Positions 55,313 through 64,000 of a stretch of 64,000 bases of DNA are shown here, one piece after another; the stretch's first letter is position 1; each line of letters opens with the position of its first letter. Made by a program: the position numbers and the translations under genes. The stretch is from NCBI GenBank assembly GCA_963761305.1, contig CAVXGK010000001.1:1056001-1120000 (forward strand), given 5' to 3'. The notes under the pieces were generated by a model. That model was not told the DNA's origin. It ran no database searches and worked only from the letters and a program-made list of their open reading frames with translations. Source of the DNA: an uncultured Gemmatimonadaceae bacterium. Lineage in GTDB: Bacteria; Gemmatimonadota; Gemmatimonadetes; Gemmatimonadales; Gemmatimonadaceae.

Positions 55313-56020
55313 CTAACGCCCCGTCTCGAGCGCCTGCTCGATCGCCGGTGCCGTCAGCTTGGCCATCAACGCGTACCCGGCCGCATTCGGATGCACACCG
55401 TCGCCAGTCAGCTCGGGCCTCATTCCTCCGCGTCCGTCGGACATCGGCGTGTGCAGGTCCAGGTACAGAACTCCCGCGGTCGCCGCGTACTGCTTGATCC
55501 ATGCGTTGAGCGCAACGATCTTCGGCGCGGGATCGAGTCCTTTCCTCCACGGATAGTCCGCCGCGGGCAGCACCGAAACGAGCACGACGCGAATGCCGTG
55601 CGCCTTCGCCAGATCCGTCATCGACGCCAGGTTGTCCTCGATCATCTCGAGCGTCGACGGCCCCGTGTTGCCGGCGATGTCGTTCGTCCCGCCGAGTATG
55701 ACGACGGCCTTTGGCGCGAGCGCGATCACGTCCTGGCGGAATCGCACGAGCATCTGCGGTGTCGTCTGCCCGCTGATGCCGCGTCCGACATACGGCTTGC
55801 CGGGAAACAGTGAATCGAAACGCAGCGCCCAGCCCTCGGTGATCGAGTTGCCCATGAACACGACGCGCTGTTCGCCCGATTTCGCCGGACCGAGATCGGC
55901 GTTCGCCTTTTGATACTTCGCGAGCGCCGGCCAATCGGTTTGCGGCGATTGCGCGTGCGACGCCGACGCTACGCTCACCGTGAGCGCGAAGGCCGCGCCC
56001 GCTCTCCACAGGTCAGGCAT
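55313..56020 (-). CDS. SGNH/GDSL hydrolase, exported
   Basis: GNSIT, GISGQ, GTND and DGVHP motifs. Confidence 0.93.
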   Translation of the reverse strand: MPDLWRAGAAFALTVSVASASHAQSPQTDWPALAKYQKANADLGPAKSGEQRVVFMGNSITEGWALRFDSLFPGKPYVGRGISGQTTPQMLVRFRQDVIALAPKAVVILGGTNDIAGNTGPSTLEMIEDNLASMTDLAKAHGIRVVLVSVLPAADYPWRKGLDPAPKIVALNAWIKQYAATAGVLYLDLHTPMSDGRGGMRPELTGDGVHPNAAGYALMAKLTAPAIEQALETGR

Positions 56021-56183
56021 TGTTCACCTCGCGTTGGCGATGACCGCAAACCGTCGCGAATTACGGAAACGATCTGTAGGATACCGTCGGCGCCGCTCGA
56101 CCTCAAAGCTCGAGCCTGCTTCGACCCGTGCCTCTTGGACCCCCTCGTCAAATTTTGTCTCCCTTCAAGCGCAGGGTTTTTCG

Positions 56184-57251
56184 ATGACGCGATTCGCGAA
56201 CATTCTCGAGACGGTCGGCAACACGCCGGTCGTGAGAATCAACCGGCTGGCTCCGGCTGGAATCGATCTCTACGTCAAGGTCGAAGCGTTCAATCCGCTT
56301 GGCTCCGTCAAGGATCGCCTTGCGCTCGGCGTCATCGAAGACGCGGAGAAGAGCGGCGCGCTCAAGCCCGGTCAGACTGTCATCGAAGCGACGAGCGGCA
56401 ACACGGGTATCGGGCTCGCCATGGTTTGCGCCGCGAAGGGATATCCGCTCGTCGTCACGATGGCCGAGTCGTTCAGCGTCGAACGTCGGAAGCTGATGCG
56501 GTTCCTGGGCGCCAAGGTGATCATCACGCCGGCGCCGGCCGGCGGCACGGGCATGGTGCGGAAAGCCGTCGAGCTGGCGAACGAGCACGGCTGGTTCCTC
56601 ACGCGCCAATTCGAGAACGAAGCGAACGCCGACATACACTCGCGCACGACGGCGAAAGAGATCATCGCCGATTTCGCCGGCAAGCGTCTCGACTATTGGG
56701 TGACCGGCTTCGGCACCGGCGGCACGCTCAAGGGCGTCGCGCGCGTGCTGGCGAAGGAGAGTCCCGAGACGAAGATCGTGCTGTCGGAACCGGCCGATGC
56801 GCCGATGGTGTCCAGCCACGCGCCGCAGGCGCGCAACGCCGACGGTTCACCCGCGGCGCGCCATCCGTCGTGGAAGCCGCACCCGATTCAAGGCTGGAGC
56901 CCGGATTTCATTCCGAAGCTCGCCGCCGACGCGCTCGATGCCGGCAACGTGGATCGCATCATCACCGTCTCCGGAGCCGACGCGATGAAGGCGAGCCGAG
57001 AGCTCGCGCAAAAGGAAGGCATCTTCGTCGGCACGTCGTCGGGCGCCACGTTCACCGCGGCGCTCCAAGTGGCTCGCGAAGCGGAGAAGGGTTCGACCGT
57101 GCTGTGCATGCTGCCCGACACCGGAGAGCGCTATCTCAGCACGCCGCTCTTCGGCGACGTGCCCGCCGACATGACGGCCGACGAGCGCGCGATCTTGCAG
57201 TCGACGCCGACATTCGCCGAATCGCCGTTGGCGGCGCCTGTGGCGGTGTAG
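56184..57251 (+). CDS. cysK: Cysteine synthase A
   Basis: NPLGSVKDR, TSGNTG, GTGGT, HPIQG and PDTGERYLST motifs. Confidence 0.93.
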   Translation: MTRFANILETVGNTPVVRINRLAPAGIDLYVKVEAFNPLGSVKDRLALGVIEDAEKSGALKPGQTVIEATSGNTGIGLAMVCAAKGYPLVVTMAESFSVERRKLMRFLGAKVIITPAPAGGTGMVRKAVELANEHGWFLTRQFENEANADIHSRTTAKEIIADFAGKRLDYWVTGFGTGGTLKGVARVLAKESPETKIVLSEPADAPMVSSHAPQARNADGSPAARHPSWKPHPIQGWSPDFIPKLAADALDAGNVDRIITVSGADAMKASRELAQKEGIFVGTSSGATFTAALQVAREAEKGSTVLCMLPDTGERYLSTPLFGDVPADMTADERAILQSTPTFAESPLAAPVAV

Positions 57252-57300
57252 GTGTAGTCCATTTCGCGGGGCCGGCTACGATTGCGGGCCGGGAAGCTTG

Positions 57301-57343
57301 AACGCAGATGCCGCGGATCTGCGGCATCTGCGGCATCTGCGTT
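57301..57343. repeat. REP-like element copy 2 (collapsed), between convergent genes
   Basis: AACGCAGATGCCGCGGATCTGCGGCATCTGCGGCATCTGCGTT followed by a T-rich run. Confidence 0.88.
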
Positions 57344-57371
57344 TTCTTTTCTTGCCTTAGCCCGTGTCCCG

Positions 57372-60011
57372 TCAATGCGCGATCGGCGGCTTCACCGCGA
57401 TCAGCTTCTCGAACCGCGGATTGCCTTTGAGTGGAGCGAAGCTGGGATCGATTTTCAGGTAGGCGGCCGTCACGTCAGTCGCGGGCATCGTGATGAGCCG
57501 TTCGATCAGGTCGAGCGCGCGTTCGTTCTCACCTGACTGGATGAACACGCGCGCCGCTTGAAAGAGCACGTACGGCTTAATCGTCGCGTCGTTCGTCGTC
57601 TCGCGCAGCTTGAGCGCGCTGTCGGCCTGGATAGCTGCTTCCTGTTTGCGGCCGGCGAGCGCCAGCGCTCGAGCGAGGAGCTCACGGAGCTGCGCGCGAT
57701 CCGGGAAGTCGTGCAATTGCTTCGCGAAGGCCACGACCGCGGTGTCGCCGAACATGCGGGCGTGCATCGTGTCGCCCATCAGACGATACGTGTGCCCGAG
57801 CTTGAGACCCCAGTGTCCGCGGTCGTTGTCGAAGTCCTTGGGCGTGAGCTTCACGATCTTGGGCCAGAGCTCCGACGGCAGCGCCCACATCGTTTCCTGG
57901 TACAACGAGAAGCGGACGAGCAGGGCCGTCGTGTCGACCGTCTTCAGCTTCTGCGCCACGAGAGCGTGCACGCTGTCCAATTCGCCGAGCGAGAGATACG
58001 CGAACGCCTTGCCCTGAATCATCGAGAGATTTTCGGGGGCGAGGGTCAGAGCGCGATCCCATGCGGCCAGCTCCTCCGGATAGCGTCTGAGACTGTGGAG
58101 CAGCCCCGGAACACGGCGTACCGACGCGACAGACCGCGGGTCGAGCTTCACGACGCGCTGCGCGCTGGCCAACGCCTCGTCAAAGCGCCCAAGGATCGCG
58201 TCGACACCGGCGTCCCCGAGAAGGAGGTCGACGTTGTTTGGATCGAGCTTCAGCCCCGCGTCGTACTGCGTCCGTGCGCCCTCGTAGTCGAGCTTCACGT
58301 CGCGCAGATACGCCGCCATCGCCAGATGGCCCTCGGCGCGATTCGGACCGAGCATCATGGCCCGCTCGGCCGCTACCCTGTTTCGCTCGACCGCTTCGAC
58401 CGTTGGCCCGGCATTGTTGTTGTAGGCCAGCGCGCGCGAAAGCTGCGCCCACGCCTCGAGGAAATTCGAATCGAGTTGGACGGCGCGCTCATAGTGCGGA
58501 ATGCCGGCGTTCAGCACCTTCGAGTCGCCCGTGCCGACGTTCGACGTGATCTGCTCACCTTTCAGGAACTCGTCGTACGCTTCGAGGTTCTGCGTCGGGC
58601 GCGACGCGATGCGTTGCTTCGTTGGCGGGGCCAGCGCGATGTCCAGGTTCTGCGCGACGTGCGAGGCGATCGCGGACTGTACGGCGAACACGTCCGACAT
58701 CACGGTGTCGAACGCCACCGACCACTTGCTCTGGTTGTTCGAGACTTGCACCAGTTCCGGCGTCACACGCACGCGATCGGGGCCGTTGCCTTTGCTCCAC
58801 CGCACCGTGCCCGTGAGCAGGTAGTCGACGGACAACTCGCGTCCAATGTCGTGCGGGTCCTTCGTCGTCTTCTTGTACTGGCGCGTGCTCGTCCTCGCGG
58901 TCACCTGGAGTCCAGGCACGGCCGAGAGGCGGCTCCGCACTTCGTCCGTCATGCCGTCGGCGAAGTAATCGTCAGCCGCCGTGCCCTCGTTCTCAAACGG
59001 CAGCACCGCGATGCGATAGCCGCCTTGTGGCACGGCGCGCGCGCGACGCCACGCGAACGCGCCGACGCCCACGGCGAGCACGAGCGCAGCCGCGAGGCCG
59101 ATCCAGAGCGTGCGCCGCGAGCCGGCGGCGGTGCGCCCCGCGCCCGCAGCGACCGCTCCGGTCGCTCCGGTCGCTCCGCTCGCCGTGATTTCCTCGAGCG
59201 ACGTCGCGACGTTCTTGGCCGACTCGGGTCGGTCTGCGGCGGACCGGGCCACCATCGTGTCGACCAGCTGCGACAACGCGGGCGGAACGGTGTTGCGCAC
59301 CGTGGCCAGCGAGCGCGGCGTCTCTGTCATCTTGCGCGCGATGATCGATTGCGCGTTGGGACCCGTGATCGGCGGCTCGCCGGCGATCATCTCGTAGAGC
59401 ACGCAACCGAGCGCATAGATGTCGGTGCGCGCGTCGATCGTGCGTTCTCCCGTTGCCTGCTCGGGACTCATGTAGCCCGGCGTTCCTACCGCCATCCCGG
59501 TCTGCGTGAGACCGTGGTCGTCGGCGACGGCGCGAGCGATGCCAAAGTCGGCGACGATCGCCTGACCGTCGCTCAGCAGAATGTTCTCGGGCTTGATGTC
59601 CCGGTGGACGACGCCGTTGCGATGCGCGTAGTCGAGCGCGAGGGCCGACTCGCGAGCGATCCGCATCGCGTCGCGAATCGGCAGCTGTCCCTCGCGCGAC
59701 AACCGGTCCCGCAGCGACTCCCCCTGGACGAACGGCATCGTGTACCAGAGCTGTCCGCCGGCGTCGCCCGAGTCGTAGACGCTCAGGATGTGCGGATGCT
59801 GGAGCTTGGACGCGAGCTTGACCTCGCGCTGGAAGCGCTCGGAGCCGAGCGTCGCGGCGAGATCAGGGTGTAGAATCTTGAGCGCAACCGAACGATCGCG
59901 CTGTTCGTCGACTGCGAGGTAAACGGTCGCCATGCCGCCGCGCCCGAGCTCTCGTTCGATGCGGTATTTGCCGGCGAGACTTTCGCGAAGTCGGTCGAGC
60001 GAATCGGTCAT
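57372..60011 (-). CDS. Ser/Thr protein kinase with TM, TolB-N-like and TPR domains
   Basis: LGRGGMA, VALK, HRDIKPEN, DFG, GTPGYMSPE, IAVLPF and TPR helices. Confidence 0.95.
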   Translation of the reverse strand: MTDSLDRLRESLAGKYRIERELGRGGMATVYLAVDEQRDRSVALKILHPDLAATLGSERFQREVKLASKLQHPHILSVYDSGDAGGQLWYTMPFVQGESLRDRLSREGQLPIRDAMRIARESALALDYAHRNGVVHRDIKPENILLSDGQAIVADFGIARAVADDHGLTQTGMAVGTPGYMSPEQATGERTIDARTDIYALGCVLYEMIAGEPPITGPNAQSIIARKMTETPRSLATVRNTVPPALSQLVDTMVARSAADRPESAKNVATSLEEITASGATGATGAVAAGAGRTAAGSRRTLWIGLAAALVLAVGVGAFAWRRARAVPQGGYRIAVLPFENEGTAADDYFADGMTDEVRSRLSAVPGLQVTARTSTRQYKKTTKDPHDIGRELSVDYLLTGTVRWSKGNGPDRVRVTPELVQVSNNQSKWSVAFDTVMSDVFAVQSAIASHVAQNLDIALAPPTKQRIASRPTQNLEAYDEFLKGEQITSNVGTGDSKVLNAGIPHYERAVQLDSNFLEAWAQLSRALAYNNNAGPTVEAVERNRVAAERAMMLGPNRAEGHLAMAAYLRDVKLDYEGARTQYDAGLKLDPNNVDLLLGDAGVDAILGRFDEALASAQRVVKLDPRSVASVRRVPGLLHSLRRYPEELAAWDRALTLAPENLSMIQGKAFAYLSLGELDSVHALVAQKLKTVDTTALLVRFSLYQETMWALPSELWPKIVKLTPKDFDNDRGHWGLKLGHTYRLMGDTMHARMFGDTAVVAFAKQLHDFPDRAQLRELLARALALAGRKQEAAIQADSALKLRETTNDATIKPYVLFQAARVFIQSGENERALDLIERLITMPATDVTAAYLKIDPSFAPLKGNPRFEKLIAVKPPIAH

Positions 60012-60102
60012 TGGTGCCCGGCGTCGGGGATGAGGCGGACTCAGAGCGGGCTACCGCGCCGAAGATAGGGATTGGCCGTGCGGTAGCAAGACCGAAACGC
60101 CA

Positions 60103-60134
60103 GTGGACCGGTAGACCGGTGGACCGGTGGACGG
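60103..60134. repeat. 4x 8-bp tandem repeat (GTGGACCG)
   Basis: gtggaccg gtagaccg gtggaccg gtggacgg, next to the ADOP stop codon. Confidence 0.75.
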
Positions 60135-60138
60135 TTGA

Positions 60139-62778
60139 CTACTGAAGGGCCGTTCTCGGGTCGACCGTCGTCGCCCGCCTCGCCGGCAGGTACGCGGCGA
60201 GCGCCGCCACCAGCGCCAGGCAAGCCGCCGATGCGGCGAGAATCGTGGGGTCGGCGGGCCGGACGTGGAACAGCATCGACGCCATCACGCGCGACGCGGC
60301 CAGTGCCCCGGCCAACCCGATCGCCATCCCGACGGCCGTCATCGACATCCCCTGACGCAGCACCATCCGCCGGATGGCGCCCCGTTGCGCACCGAGCGCG
60401 ACACGAATGCCGATCTCGCGCGTGCGCAGTTTCACACCGTACGACAGCACGCCGAACAGTCCGAGCGCCGCTAAGCCGAGCGACATGAGGGCGAAGCTCG
60501 CCAGCAGGCGCAGCGTGAACACGCGCTGCGCTTCACCGCGGCCGATCGCCTCATCGAGCGGCGCCGGATGGTGCATGACGAGCTGCGGATCGATCGACGC
60601 GAGCACACGGCGCACGTCGGCCTCCATCGACTCCGGGGCCTTCGTCGTCGCCACCACCTGCGCCAATGCCCAATTGCGATCGCCGGCGAACTGCACGTGC
60701 GCGTGATACACGTAGTCGTCGACGTTGCCTTCGGCGTCGAGCGACACGTCGTTCACGACGCCGATGATCTCGCACGGACGTCCGCGGTCCGGGGCGATCA
60801 ACTGGCCGATCGGGTCGACGCCTGGAAACAGCTTCGTCGCTAGCGACTTGCTCACGAGCACGCGACGCGGCGCGGGCGGTAGATCGCGCGCGTCGAACGC
60901 GCGTCCCTCCAGCACGCTAATACCGACGGCCTTGAGGTAGTCGCCCGAGATCACTCGCTGCTGCGCCGCGCCGTTCGACCGCGTCGTGCCGGCGAGCGGT
61001 CCGCTGAGGACCTCCACGCCCCACTGATTGTACGCGCCCGTGGCGGGGAGCTTGGACACGCCGCCCGCCGCGACGACACCGGGAATCGCTTCCAGCCGAC
61101 GCGCCACATCCTCGTAGACCCGAGCTCGCGCCAGTGAGTCGTACCGCGCGTCGGGAAGGTGCAGCTCGAATGTGAGCACGTTGTCCGCGCGTACGCCCAG
61201 GTCGAGCTCGCGCAGCCGGCGAACGCTCGCCAGAAGAAGTCCGGCCGCAGTCACGAGCACGAACGCGAGCGCGACCTGCGATACGACGAGCAGCGACCGC
61301 AGGCGGGCGTGCGATCGTCCGCCCGTCGACGAGCGAGTCTCGCCGCGCAGCGTGTCGTTCGGATCAGAGCCGCCGGCCCGCAGCGCCGGCGCGAGTCCGC
61401 ACAAAACGGCGCAGACCGACGAGATCGCGATCGAGAATCCAAGCATACGCGGATCGAGCGACAGTCCGGCGAGCCGCGGGATCGAGCCGCCACCCAGCGC
61501 GACGATGCCGTGCATTGCCACGCGCGCCACGGCGAGGCCCGCCAGGTCTCCGGCCAGCGCGAGCACCAGACTCTCCATGAGCAGTTGACGGACGATGCGC
61601 GACCCGCCCGCGCCAAGCGCGCCGCGCAGCGCGAACTCGCGCTCGCGCTCCGATCCGCGCACGAGAAGCAGGTTGGCGACGTTCACGCATACGAGCAGCA
61701 GCACTGCCACCGCCGCCGCGAACATCAACTCCAACGCTCGGCTCGACTCGCCGACGACGTCTTCCTTGAGCGGAGAGAGACTCGCGCCGATGTACTTCGT
61801 GCCCGGATACTCGTTTGACAGTCGCACGCCGAGCGCGTCGAGCTCGGATTGCGCGCGGGCGATCGTCACGCCGGGGCGCAATCGGCCGATGACCGTGACG
61901 TAGTGATTGTCCACGTTGCTCGGATCTCGGCCCGGCGCCATGTCCATCGGAATCCACGCGTCCACGGCGCCTACAATGGGATCGGCGAAACCGGCCGGCA
62001 TCACACCGGCGATCGTGTACGGCTCTCCGTTCATCGTCAGCGGGCGTCCGATGGCGGACCGGTCGCCGTGGAACCGCTCCATCCAGACGGCGTGGCTCAG
62101 GACGATGGTGCGTCCATGCGTCTCGTCTTGCGCGTCGAGCGGCCGGCCCGCTTCGACTGGCTCGCGAAGAACGTCGAAGTAGTCGTGGCTTACTGTGAGA
62201 ACGTGGATCCGACGTGCCCCTTCGTCGGTCGTGATGTCGCCGCCTCCTTCGCCATATGTGTTGAGCGCCGCGAGGTGCGAGAACGACGTCGCGCGGTCGT
62301 GATACGCGAGATAGTGAACCGGGGTGACGAAGCCCTGATCGATCTTTCGCCGCGTGTCGACGTAGTAGAGCCGCACCAGTTGTCCCGGCTGGTCATACGG
62401 CAGCGGCTTGATGAGGACGGCGTCGACGGCGCTGAACACCGCCGTCGTGCCGCCGATCCCCACGGCGAGCGTGAGCACCGCGACGATCGTGAACGTGGGT
62501 CGCTGCTTCAGGACGCGGAGCGCAAAGAGGGCGTCATCCCACGCGTCGCGGAGCCATCGCACGCCGCTCGCATCGCGAACCTCCTCCTTCGTGCGATCGA
62601 GACCGCCGAGCGCGAGCACGCTTCGCCGCCGAACGTCGCGGGCGTCGGTGCCGGCACGTCGCAGATGCTCGGCTTCCATCTCGAGATGAAAACGCAGCTC
62701 CTCGTCGAGTTCGCGGTCGTCGCGATTGCGCGAGACGAGCAATCGAACGCGTTCGATCACGTCCGACAGCAGACTCAT
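60139..62778 (-). CDS. ADOP-type ABC permease with prefix domain
   Basis: ELDEELRFHL, CVNVANLLL and PARRATTVDP motifs; ATGA overlap with padR. Confidence 0.93.
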   Translation of the reverse strand: MSLLSDVIERVRLLVSRNRDDRELDEELRFHLEMEAEHLRRAGTDARDVRRRSVLALGGLDRTKEEVRDASGVRWLRDAWDDALFALRVLKQRPTFTIVAVLTLAVGIGGTTAVFSAVDAVLIKPLPYDQPGQLVRLYYVDTRRKIDQGFVTPVHYLAYHDRATSFSHLAALNTYGEGGGDITTDEGARRIHVLTVSHDYFDVLREPVEAGRPLDAQDETHGRTIVLSHAVWMERFHGDRSAIGRPLTMNGEPYTIAGVMPAGFADPIVGAVDAWIPMDMAPGRDPSNVDNHYVTVIGRLRPGVTIARAQSELDALGVRLSNEYPGTKYIGASLSPLKEDVVGESSRALELMFAAAVAVLLLVCVNVANLLLVRGSEREREFALRGALGAGGSRIVRQLLMESLVLALAGDLAGLAVARVAMHGIVALGGGSIPRLAGLSLDPRMLGFSIAISSVCAVLCGLAPALRAGGSDPNDTLRGETRSSTGGRSHARLRSLLVVSQVALAFVLVTAAGLLLASVRRLRELDLGVRADNVLTFELHLPDARYDSLARARVYEDVARRLEAIPGVVAAGGVSKLPATGAYNQWGVEVLSGPLAGTTRSNGAAQQRVISGDYLKAVGISVLEGRAFDARDLPPAPRRVLVSKSLATKLFPGVDPIGQLIAPDRGRPCEIIGVVNDVSLDAEGNVDDYVYHAHVQFAGDRNWALAQVVATTKAPESMEADVRRVLASIDPQLVMHHPAPLDEAIGRGEAQRVFTLRLLASFALMSLGLAALGLFGVLSYGVKLRTREIGIRVALGAQRGAIRRMVLRQGMSMTAVGMAIGLAGALAASRVMASMLFHVRPADPTILAASAACLALVAALAAYLPARRATTVDPRTALQ

Positions 62779-63128
62779 GCGCCCACCGGCACGGCGCGTG
62801 CGCCCAGCACCGCGTTGACCGCCGACGCCGCGCGCTGCCATGCGGCGCGTTCCGTGGTGAGCTGTCGCTCGCCGGCGGGCGTGAGCGCGTAGTATCGCGC
62901 GCGGCGATTGTTCGCCGTCGTCTGCCATGACGACGAGATCCAGCCGCGGCGCTTCATGCGGACGAGCGCGGGATAGAGCGAGCCTTGGGTGACGAGAAAC
63001 ACCTCTCCCGACATCGCCCCGATCCGATGCGCGATGCCCCAGCCGTGCATTGGCTCGAGGGCAAGCGTCTTGAGGACCAGCATCTCGAGCGTGCCCTGGA
63101 CGAGCTCTCCGCCGCGATCGTCGTTCAC
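62775..63128 (-). CDS. PadR-family transcriptional regulator
   Basis: LVQGTLEMLVLK, GSLYPAL and NNRRARYY motifs; AAGGAG RBS. Confidence 0.93.
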   Translation of the reverse strand: MNDDRGGELVQGTLEMLVLKTLALEPMHGWGIAHRIGAMSGEVFLVTQGSLYPALVRMKRRGWISSSWQTTANNRRARYYALTPAGERQLTTERAAWQRAASAVNAVLGARAVPVGA

Positions 63129-63136
63129 CGGATCTC

Positions 63137-63183
63137 CTTCAGATGGACTGGAGAACCATACGCGACGTACTTCAGACGGTCAA
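63137..63183 (-). promoter_or_regulatory. Sigma70 promoter TTGACC-N17-TATGGT with an imperfect palindrome CTCCAG-N5-CTGAAG, probable PadR operator
   Basis: -35 at 63178-63183, -10 at 63155-63160, palindrome at 63137-63153. Confidence 0.55.
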
Positions 63184-63268
63184 CAGGAGCGGGTCGATAC
63201 GGCTCGGTCCGGTGGCCGCCGGGCCGGACGGCACCCGCTTTGCCTTGGCAATCCATAGGGAGGAACGC

Positions 63269-63829
63269 GTGAAGATCGGTTCTGCCGTACTTGCCCTCGT
63301 CGTCGCGTGCGCGGCGCGAGACAGCGCGCAATTGTTGCCCGTGGGTCCCGCGCACATCGTCCTGATTCGCCACGCCGAGGAGCCGAGCGATGGGGACGAT
63401 CCGCATCTGTCCGCGGAAGGTCGCGCGAGGGCCGACCAGTTCGTGGAGTTCATGACCCACGATCCGGCCATGATTCGCCTCGGCACGCCCGCCGCCATCT
63501 TCGCGACGGAGACGACCAAGGACGACAACGGCCAGCGGACACAAGAGACCGTCGCGCCGTTGGCGAGCGTGCTCCGCCTTTCGGTGCTTGCGCCGTATCA
63601 CTCGAAGGACTACGACAAGCTCGCGAGGCGTGTGCTCTCGGATCCGTCGCTCGCCGGCAAGACGGTGGTCATCTGTTGGAATCACGAATGGCTTCCACAG
63701 CTCGCCGCCTCATTCGGCGTGAATCCGGAGCCGCCGAAGTGGAAGGGCAAAGTCTACGACCAGGTGTACGTGATCACGTACAAGGACCGCCACGCGGTGT
63801 TGACCACTACGCGGTACGGTGGTTCTTAG
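63269..63829 (+). CDS. Histidine phosphatase superfamily protein, exported
   Basis: LIRHAE, G..RA, RTQET and ICWNH motifs; GGAGG RBS. Confidence 0.85.
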   Translation: MKIGSAVLALVVACAARDSAQLLPVGPAHIVLIRHAEEPSDGDDPHLSAEGRARADQFVEFMTHDPAMIRLGTPAAIFATETTKDDNGQRTQETVAPLASVLRLSVLAPYHSKDYDKLARRVLSDPSLAGKTVVICWNHEWLPQLAASFGVNPEPPKWKGKVYDQVYVITYKDRHAVLTTTRYGGS

Positions 63830-63874
63830 GGCTTTGCGCGCCCAAGTCCGGCTTCGATTGGCGTTGGAGCAAAT

Positions 63875-63974
63875 TCAACGCAGATGCCGCAGATCGTAAC
63901 AGCAACGCCGCAGATGAAAACCGTTGGTGTCATCTGCGGGTAATTGTCGTCTTGATCTGCGGCATCTGCGTTGA
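63875..63974. repeat. REP-like element copy 3
   Basis: Perfect 21-bp IR TCAACGCAGATGCCGCAGATC / GATCTGCGGCATCTGCGTTGA; inner IR CCGCAGATGA / TCATCTGCGG. Confidence 0.92.
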
Positions 63975-64000
63975 GTCTTCTCACGTGGCAATCGTAGGAC

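Overview
GC-rich bacterial chromosomal window. The gene content (SusC/RagA-type TonB receptor, four ADOP ABC-permease paralogues with PadR regulators, Ser/Thr kinase with TPR tail, GxxExxY and four-helix-bundle genes) suggests Gemmatimonadota; this is an inference. In order, the window holds: (1) a probable GntR-controlled D-amino-acid/peptide utilisation locus (1-13.3 kb); (2) PadR/ADOP permeases; (3) a degenerate TIR-like gene followed by a csp-desaturase-rpsU-infA operon; (4) an accessory region (about 25.8-37.8 kb) ending at tRNA-Gln, with a truncated ECF sigma factor, 21/42-bp repeat arrays, gene fragments and two related ~200-bp palindromic elements; (5) housekeeping genes (tRNA-Ala, rnz, mgtE, cysK). 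The most striking unexplained signal is a set of intergenic inverted repeats whose arms are built from short tandem units. One encloses an intact four-helix-bundle gene (75-bp units), one encloses a truncated GxxExxY nuclease gene (10-bp units), and several are empty. This could be a REPIN/RAYT-like or IVS-like selfish system. I found no CRISPR array, rRNA, integrase, transposase or reverse transcriptase. All product calls come from reading motifs by eye, not from database searches.
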